Shown here: one piece after another, positions 55,347 through 64,000 of the stretch
Position numbering within the stretch: the first letter of the stretch is position 1
Layout: every line of letters starts with the position of its first letter
NCBI RefSeq assembly: GCF_031769215.1
Contig: NW_026781915.1
Location: forward strand, 2,170,001 to 2,234,000
Source: Ylistrum balloti
Lineage: Eukaryota
Reading direction: 5' to 3'
DNA: 64,000 bases
Position numbers and translations under genes: made by a program
Notes under the pieces: model-generated
Databases searched by the model: none
What the model saw: the letters and a program-made list of their open reading frames with translations, nothing else
What the model was told of the DNA's origin: nothing

Positions 55347-55865
55347 ATGTCATGTATATGCCTCTATGGTGCAAAGCTGCGAGGACAAAACGGAGAATGC
55401 TTTATGTTGTAAGTGATATATGTAAACATGATGTCTTGCTGAACATACTCTTTTTCACATGTCAATCTTACTTTCATTACTGTTTATTGATTGACTAAAA
55501 GTGAAGACTCATATTCTCCTTGCTTGGCACGATATTTCAGTCCTTTGGGTCCCGGTCATTTTACCTGGAGGGATTTCAACATATCAGATGTCGGGAAACC
55601 GATGTTCCTCTCGGATATAATGATGGACTTCCTCAAAGACTTTGGTCCACCTAAGGATTTGGGCCTAGACAGACATCACGCGCTTAAACACATGCACTTT
55701 CAGTTTGTTCGTCCGGCGTCAGCGATGTCTAAATATGGAAGTTTGTCAATGTTACCAGACTCAAGAACCGGAAGTTTCCGATCGACGAGATCACTGCGTT
55801 CTGTTCGGTCAACAAGGTCAAGGTCAAGGGGGAGGGCTAAATCAGCCTCAGTGAGGTATAGGTGA
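55347..55865 (+). CDS. Small orphan protein with a basic Arg/Ser-rich C-terminal tail (two putative exons: 55347 or 55404 to 55408, and 55541-55865)
   Basis: Exon 55541-55865 follows the acceptor gatatttcag, is higher in GC than its flanks, and encodes PLGPGHFTWRDF...RPASAMSKYGSLSMLPDSRTGSFRSTRSLRSVRSTRSRSRGRAKSASVRYR*. The upstream ATGTT|gtaagt donor (55408) is in the required phase 2. No family recognised. Confidence 0.55.
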
Positions 55866-56484
55866 TCGGAATACAATGCATTCATTACTAAACGCAAATT
55901 TGTCATCATCTGTAGTAGTGTTTTTAATAAGAATATTCTAAGTCTTCTCCCGCATCAATATATTTATAGACGTTCATGTTTTGTTCGTTGACACTTGCTT
56001 ATTCTTTGATATTCTTATAGTGTTATTTTTCACACTCCATTTTCGAATTATATCATCGATATATTATTGGTTTTGAGTAATCAAAATAAAAGAAAATTAC
56101 TCGGTCAAGTGTATAATGTTTCCTGTAGAATATACTTTTATTTGTTTGGTATCTATTTAGATTTTTAAAGATTATCAAAAATTGAACGAATACAACAGTC
56201 TGTGCCAGAGTTTTGATTTGTTGAAATAAATATGTTATCCGTCCAAAATCAATTAAACTTCATTTCATGTTGTAATTGTTTGCCATACGTTCTTCCGCTA
56301 CGTTGTTTTATAAAACTTTTTTCTGTATTCAATTCTTTCTTCTAAATCTGAAAGATCTGTTACTATATTGTCCATATAAAATACTAAAACATTTTTTTTT
56401 GGTTTGTCATTTGTATTGTTTGGATTCCACATAAAAAAACTGGCAGGATGGCTTCATTATCTATGACAAATAATGTGGTAATAA

Positions 56485-58268
56485 GACGGCTGAACAGTTT
56501 AACGATCACAGACAATGATTCAGGTGATCAGATGGCTGAGGGGTTTAATTATCACAGACAGTGATCCTGGTGATCAGTCGGCTGAGGGGTTTAATTATCA
56601 CAGGCAGTGATCCTGGTGATCAGTCGGCTGAGGGATTTAATTATCACAGACAGTGATCCTGGTGATCAGACGGCTGACGGGTTTAATTATCACAGGCAGT
56701 GATCCTGGTGATCAGACGGCTGAGGGGTTTAATTATCACAGACAGTGATCCTGGTGATCAGTCAGCTGAGGGGTTTAATTATCACAGACAGTGATCCTGG
56801 TGATCAGCTGACGGGTTTAGTTATCACAGACAATGATTCAGGTGATCAGATGGCTGAGGGGTTTAATTATCACAGACAGTGATCCTGGTGATCAGTCAGC
56901 TGAGGGATTTAATTATCACAGACAGTGATCCTGGTGATCAGACGGCTTGGGTGTTTAATTATCACAGACAGTGATCCTGGTGATCAGACGGCTGAGGGGT
57001 TTAATTATCACAGACAGTGATTCAGGTGATCAGATGGCTGAGGGGTTTAATTATCACAGACAGTGATCCTGGTGATCAGTCAGCTGAGGGATTTAATTAT
57101 CACAGACAGTGATCCTGGTGATCAGACGGCTGAGGGGTTTAATTATCACAGACAGTGATCCTGGTGATCAGACGGCTGAGGGGTTTAATTATCACAGACA
57201 GTGATCGTGGTGATCAGTCAGCTGAGGGATTTAATTATCACAGACAGTGATCCTGGTGATCAGCTGACGGGTTTAGTTATCACAGGCAGTGATCCTGGTG
57301 ATCAGACGGCTGAGGGGTTTAATTATCACAGACAGTGATCCTGGTGATCAGACGGCTGAGGGGTTTAATTATCACAGACAGTGATCCTGGTGATCAGACG
57401 GCTGAGGGGTTTAATTATCACAGACAGTGATCCTGGTGATCAGCTGACGGGTTTAGTTATCACAGGCAGTGATCCTGGTGATCAGACGACTGAGGGGTTT
57501 AGTTATCACAGACAGTGATCCTGGTGATCAGTCAGCTGAGGGGTTTAATTATCACAGACAGTGATCCTGGTGATCAGTCAGCTGAGGGGTTTAATTATCA
57601 CAGACAGTGATCCTGGTGATCAGCTGACGGGTTTAGTTATCACAGACAGTGATCCTGGTGATCAGTCAGCTGAGGGGTTTAATTATCACAGGCAGTGATC
57701 CTGGTGACCAGACGGCTGAGAGGTTTAACGATCACAGACAATGATTCAGGTGATCAGATGGCTGAGGGGTTTAATTATCACAGACAGTGATCCTGGTGAT
57801 CAGTCAGCTGAGGGATTTAATTATCACAGACAGTGATCCTGGTGATCAGACGGCTTGGGGGTTTAATTATCACAGACAGTGATCCTGGTGATCAGACGGC
57901 TGAGGGGTTTAATTATCACAGACAGTGATCGTGGTGATCAGTCGGCTGAGGGATTTAATTATCACAGACAGTGATCCTGGTGATCAGCTGACGGGTTTAG
58001 TTATCACAGGCAGTGATCCTGGTGATCAGACGACTGAGGGGTTTAATTATCACAGACAGTGATCCTGGTGATCAGACTGCTGAGGGGTTTAATTATCACA
58101 GACAGTCATCCTGGTGATCAGTCAGCTGAGGGGTTTAATTATCACAGGCAATGATCCTGGTGATCAGACGGATGAGAGGTTTAATTATCACAGGCAGTGA
58201 TCCTGGTGATCAGACGGCTGAGGGGTTTAATTATCACTGACAGTGATCCTGGTGATCAGATAGCTGAT
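56485..58268. repeat. 46-bp minisatellite (gacagtgatcctggtgatcagacggctgaggggtttaattatcaca) x~39, with 42-bp variants
   Basis: Read directly; variant units recur in blocks. Confidence 0.97.
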
Positions 58269-59145
58269 GAAAATGTTCCAATATATTAAACAGATACTGT
58301 CATTGTGTGTTCTTTTCATGACGTAACATCATTGTTTATTACATGACATTAAAGCTAATTTCTGACTGGCGCAGATAATGAAAAAAATGTTCCATGGTAT
58401 AATACACTAACAGAATGTGATATCAGTTGGACAAATTCATTGGATAACAACGGGATAATTAGATGAAAGGATATGTAATTTCTTCTCTGGCATTTAGGAT
58501 AAGCCAAACGAAAGCGAACAATCATGAAAGCAATTGTGATATTACCTTCAGATCGTTACTAATTCAGCCATTCCTCAGATACAGCTAGTGGACACAATCA
58601 TATTAATTAAACGCATAGCAAAGTCGTACTTGCTCATATCGTTTTTATAACTATGGAAGACAGTTGTCAAAATACATCAAAAAACGTGTTCAGAATTAAC
58701 TTAGTAATATCTGTAGACAGTATACACATATATTTGTACCGCTGAAAACGTGCTAATTTAACAGAGGGGCGTGAATAATTACTGTCCAAAACTACCGAAA
58801 AATGGCAGCTACTTGTCCACCATACCATCGGAATATTCTCCAGTTCATTGCTGCTGGAACATTTGATCTAATTCAGAGGATTACATTGTGACGTCACAGT
58901 GATAGTAACGGCGCCATTAATCAGAAGAAAAATGACGTCTATCACGGCCAGGACATTCGTTCTTTTTTGTCGTGTTACCATGGAACTCGTTTGTAATATC
59001 TAACAATTTTATTAATCATCACTGTGTTATGCAGGCACAGAAATCACAAGAACCAGGACGAAAGTTTGATGCTCATCAGAAATGGTGCTTAACCACGTGT
59101 AGAAATCTGTCTGTCTTTATTACCTCAAGGTGATGTATTCTCATG

Positions 59146-59843
59146 TTCGACCATATTGTACATTTGACACACGGTACTGTGAGATCCGATATTGATAGGT
59201 AAGAGAATATTCGACCATATTGTACATTTGACACACGGTGATGTGAGATCCGATATTGATATGTAAGAGAATATTAGACCATATTGTACATATGACACAT
59301 GGTACTGCGAGATTCGATATTGATATGTATGAGAATATCAGACCATATTGTACATATGACACATGGTACTGTGAGATTCTATATTGATATGTAAGAGAAT
59401 ATTAGACCATATTGTACAATTGACACATGGTACTGTGAGATTCTATATTGATATGTAAGAGAATATTAGACCATACTGTACATTTGACACATGGTACTGT
59501 GAGATTCTATATTGATATGTAAGAGAATATTAGACCATATTGTACATTTGACACATGGTACTGTGAGATTCTATATTGATATGTAAGAGAATATTAGACC
59601 ATATTGTACATTTGACACATGGTAATGTGAGATTCTATATTGATATGTAAGAGAATATTCGACCGCACTGTACATTTGACACGGTGATGTGAGATTCTAT
59701 ATTGATATGTAAGAGAATATTCGACCGCACTGTACATTTGACACATGGTACTGTGAGATTCTATATTGATATGTAAGAGAATATTCGACCATACTGAACA
59801 TTTGACACACGATACTGCGAGATTCGATATTGATAGGTAACAG
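59146..59843. repeat. 64-bp minisatellite (gaccatattgtacatttgacacatggtactgtgagattctatattgatatgtaagagaatatta) x~11
   Basis: Period of 64 checked (for example 59461 and 59525). Confidence 0.95.
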
Positions 59844-61004
59844 ATAAATGTGTAAACCTTGTATATTTACTAAGGAAAAGAAATCTCAAAATTATTCGCT
59901 ACGCACAGTTAGTAAACCTTCATCATTTGTCTAACGATGACTATCAGAATTTTATATTATACAGAGTGGTTTACAGGGCACAAGCGAATCGTTAAAGTAG
60001 TTTAGTGAACCGACAAATCTTGCCCTTCCCTCCCCCTCTAAGGTCATGTATGAAATGTATCTTGAAAATTAGATTTGTTGAATAAATAAATAAATAAAAA
60101 GTGAAAAGAAAATTAAAAAAATAAAGACGAATAAATTTTTTTCTACATATTTTAGTTTATAATTTGATATTTCAGTGAAGGTAACATTGAAACAGATTCA
60201 CTTGTTTAGATAGGCGATAAAACTATATACCTGAGTACCTCTTGTTAATGCTGTTGATCTTTGAACCACTGACACAAATATTATTTCAGTTACGTATAGT
60301 CCACGGCAAATTGAAAACTTATCCACAATGGGTATAAATACGTCGTTAATCTATGTAATAATAAGGCTTTAACGTAATCTCCTTTCTGAGTACCTCAGTT
60401 CAAATAAAAACAATGGTAACGCTTGACGGAATGAAATCCAGCCATCCTGAGCGAGTTAAATCGATTAGCCGACTAAACCGAAATGCATTGAATGTTTTAC
60501 GTTTTAAGGCTTTACAATAGTAGCTAACCTTATGGAGTTACAATAGGAAGTAAATCTCGTGTTAATTATACATGGTTATTGTATCTAATTCGGTATTTAA
60601 AACTGACGTATCGAACTGATGGGTTATAACACATTGGGAAGCTGTTGATAATTATAAATGATATCTTTTTCGCTATTGTCGAAGAATGTGACATGGATTT
60701 GTCTTAATAACTAGTAAGTTTTAAGAAGTGTAAGTATGATATCAACTTTACAACGATGTGGCTCTGGACTTTTATGCTTAACCACTTAAAAGTATATCTT
60801 TATACAATGTGTTGCTAAATGTGGCAGTGAAACGGTGTCAACAGCGAGTGACATTCCGGAGCTTCGATCAGCTAACAAACCATGACAGTAATGGTGCCGA
60901 CCCACAGGAGTTCAACACAATCCCAGATATTTGGTGTTTAGATTGTGAAATGCCGTGCAATTTAAACAAGTAACCTCCTCCGATAGTATTTAAGTGCATA
61001 TAAC

Positions 61005-64000
61005 ATGGGATCGAGTTCATCCAAGGGAAGCCGTTCGTCATCGGTGGCATCAGCTGTTACCAAAACAGTACAAAAAGCGGTAAAGTATATAGTTAATCAG
61101 CATGGGAGAGCGAATTCATCTCATTATCTATGACAGAGACACGTATTTTATAATCCCTGCAGGTATTCATTTCATTATTAATGAAACAGATATGTTTTTT
61201 TATATTCCATGGAGGTCGCCATTTTATAATTTTAGAAAGATATATGTATTTCATAATTCTTCCTGGTAGCCATTTCATTATCAGTTTCACACAATAGCTA
61301 TTGGTCATCAAGCGCTTACTGTGACATATCAATTTCATCACTTATTTTAAGCTTTTTGAAAGAAGACAATAGCGTCGATCTCATTTTATTTTGACCCTTG
61401 CTTCTGAACATGATTAGAAGTAAGAAATGAACATTTGTCAGACATCGTCGCTTTTCCATTTCTCCTGCGGACCAATTTCGTCATAATGTTTTCAAAAATT
61501 AGAATATTGAAGAATGTTGGTGTTAAACGAATAATCTTATGCAACGTAAACATACCGGGTAGAATATTACAATGTTTTTGGAATATCGGTTAACTGGCAA
61601 AAGGCTTTATCAGTTCTAAATTACTTCACAACTTTTAATTAACCCTATTAAAACTGAACAAACCCAGATAAAAGGTAACATTATTCTCCCGCAATCCTTT
61701 TAAAGTGATAGATTGATATTCTACCTCTCCAGTTATGCAGTATTCTACCAGAAATGTTAAAATGAAATACTCTTTTGCTAACTTTGGTAAAATGGTATTG
61801 TTATCTACCAGTCCTCTTATAGTGACAAAATATTTAACCAATTATGGTAGAATGATGCATTCTACTAAACCAGGTCAAGTGATAAAGTATTCTACTACTT
61901 CTCTTCGAATGAAGTGACATAAAGTTGTTCCTCCCTGTGAAAATGATGACGTATTCTACCAATCCTGATAAATTGTTAAGATATTGTAAAAATCCTCACA
62001 AAATTCTGCCAGTCCTCTCAAATCAATATAATATTTTAAAAGTCCTCTTTAAATTATACAATATTCTACCAGGTCTGATAAAATAACACAATATTTAACC
62101 AGTTCCGATAAAACAGCACAATATTCTACCAGGTCTGATAAAACAGCACAATATTCTACCAGGTCTGATAAAACAGCACAATATTCTACCAGGTCTGATA
62201 AAACAGCACAATATTCTACCAGGTCTGATAAAACAGCACAATATTCTACCAGGTCTGATAAAACAGCACAATATTCTACCAGGTCTGATAAAACAGCACA
62301 ATACAATATTTAAAAACCAATATTCTACCAGGTCTGATAAAATAACACAATATTCTACCAGGTCTGATAAAACAGCACAATATTCTACCAGGTCTGATAA
62401 AACAGCACAATATTCTACCAGGTCTGATAAAACAGCACAATATTCTACCAGGTCTGATAAAACAGCACAATATTCTACCAGGTCTGATAAAATACAAATG
62501 TGTTATACCAATCTAAGTAAAATGATACAATATTCTAACAATTGTGAAAAAGGATACAATTTTCTGTCAATCCTCTACGAATTATCTACAATATGATAAT
62601 GATACAGTATTCAACCAGTCTTGATAAAATGATAAAGTGTAGTTGAAATCCTAGTAAAATGATACAATATTCTTCCAATCGTGATAAAATGATATTGAAA
62701 CCAATCGTGATAAAATGATACAATATTGTAGATAAAATGATAAATCCTCGTGATAAAATGATACAATATTCTTCCAATCGTGATAAAATGATATTGAATT
62801 CTACCAATCGTGATAAAATGATACAATATTCTACCAATCGTGATAAAATGATATTGAATTCTACCAATCGTGATAAAATGATATTGAATTCTACCAATCG
62901 TGATAAAATTATATGAAATTCTACCATAAGTTACATAGCACTTTATTCTAATGGTAAGTATTTCAACTTGCAGGTTTTGAGAAAGCCAAAGAAACCACCA
63001 GCAGGCACAATCGCAGCGGATGGAACACCAATACCAGTCCCTCCCGTCAATGATAAAGCTGTTATATTGCAAGGCATCAACTTTGATGTGCTGGATGAGA
63101 TAGCACTGCATGTAGGTGTAATTGTTATATTCATATCGAAATATATGAATTAATATAACATTGAAAATATTGATATTATTATATATCCTTGTGCACAAGA
63201 ACATACTTTGAAGATACATGTATATTGCCTCACGTGTTTCTTCATGGAAACCAAAGGGAATAACCTGATTTGCCGTAAATAAAACAATATAAGACTGGCA
63301 TGTAATATATGCCCGATGTCCCAATCCTCATGTCTTTTTGACAATGCACGTGCCATTCTATGATCTCTGATTGGTATAGATATAGATTTCATTGAAATTT
63401 TTATCGGATGTTTTTGTAGCACTGCTGTTATATAAATAGAAAAAAGGATGTTATGTAAAATATGCACCGTTGTTTTCTTATGCTCAAGCAACATTGGTGA
63501 ATATGAAAATTTGACATCGTGAAAAACGACTGTTCGATTCACCGAACGGCGGCAGAAGGTCATCTACTCGGTCACAAAGGTTTCTTTGCGTGCTTTAGTT
63601 TTCTCCCGCAGTACGACATCTCGCGTGCTTCCTTCAAGGACAACGATAGTGATTGGTATAAGCTGAGATGACTTATTTTGCAATATTTGTAAAATATATT
63701 ACATTAACTTACACTTATAGATGAACCATTTTAATTGAATGTTTTGCTTTCTCTCTTCGCTATTATGTTTATTTTGTTCCATTACAGGCCCCTCTCGATA
63801 TATTACTGGGGACATTCTGGGACGTTGTGGAATATCTTGTGATAACACCAGAAGGAGAAGTATTGGATGATTTATCAAAGGCAAGAATGTTTTTCCGTTG
63901 GATAACGTCGTTTGATGTTTACACAATTGACACGGAAATTATCCCCCCTGAGGAGTCACCTCTTGAATACTTTATGAAGATCCAGTACGACCTTGGTGAC
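61005..64000 (+). CDS. Second, tandem hillarin/KY-like paralog, 5' part (runs off the right edge of the window)
   Basis: Phase-0 exons: 61005-61079 (MGSSSSKGSRSSSVASAVTKTVQKA), 62974-63111 (VLRKPKKPP...PVPPVNDKAVILQGINFDVLDEIALH) and 63788->64000 (APLDILLGTFWDVVEYL...DDLSKARMFFRWITSFDV...PPEESPLEYFMKIQYDLGD). The last exon is clearly homologous to exon 49892-50124 (APTSLLIGTFKELIKYL...DDVAKARAIFRWVTS...PPVHSPLEYFLKIQNNLGN) and starts at the same boundary. Confidence 0.85.
62058..62928. repeat. 30-bp minisatellite family in intron 1 of the paralog: caatattctaccaggtctgataaaacagca (62058-62495) and aatattctaccaatcgtgataaaatgatac-like (62605-62928), with degenerate copies back to ~61735
   Basis: Read directly; it explains the repetitive ORFs YCAVLSDLVE, ILCCFIRPGR and FNIILSRLVE. 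Confidence 0.95.
63531..63700 (+). mobile_element. Degenerate tRNA-derived SINE remnant (bivalve Meta/V-core type)
   Basis: B-box-like GTTCGATTC at 63532, then ggtttctttgcgtgctttagttttctcccgcagtacgac, resembling the recalled SINE core ggtttctctccgggtactccggtttcctccca. It ends in the AT-rich tail ...gtataagctgagatgacttattttgcaatatttgtaaaatatatt. Confidence 0.55.

Noticed and set aside
58887-58898. Perfect palindrome tgtgacgtcaca (CRE-like)
   Set aside because: It is a short, common motif and its link to the paralog 2 promoter cannot be shown from sequence alone.
11906-59843. Tandem arrays that superficially resemble CRISPR arrays
   Set aside because: Units are contiguous with no unique spacers, there are no cas genes, and the DNA is eukaryotic.
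62049-63324. Several repetitive ORFs (YCAVLSDLVE, ILCCFIRPGR, FNIILSRLVE, FITIGRI)
   Set aside because: They are translations of 30-bp minisatellites in an intron, on the strand opposite the real gene.

Overview
AT-rich, intron-rich animal DNA, most likely from a bivalve mollusc (inferred from base composition, dense minisatellites, a bivalve-type SINE remnant and the gene families present). I assembled spliced genes by hand from GT-AG sites with phase checking. From left to right: (1) the 5' part of PUM3/Puf-A on the minus strand, with an extra 219-aa disordered exon; (2) the complete mitochondrial adenylate kinase AK3, head-to-head with PUM3; (3) a truncated mariner transposon; (4) a two-exon 98-aa protein that aligns with the synaptonemal-complex protein SYCE3; (5) an intronless ankyrin-repeat/SOCS-box gene lying between inverted copies of its own 3' end; (6) a ~1,060-1,080-aa gene encoding an N-myristoylation motif, a catalytically dead KY/hillarin-type transglutaminase-like domain, four beta-rich repeats and a C-terminal dynein-type microtubule-binding domain with no dynein motor; (7) a small orphan Arg/Ser-rich ORF; (8) the start of a tandem paralog of gene 6. 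About ten minisatellite arrays fill introns and intergenic DNA. I found no rRNA, tRNA or CRISPR array. The two strongest leads are the motor-less dynein-MTBD/pseudo-transglutaminase tandem family and the invertebrate SYCE3-like gene. Reference protein sequences used for comparison were recalled from memory, not searched.
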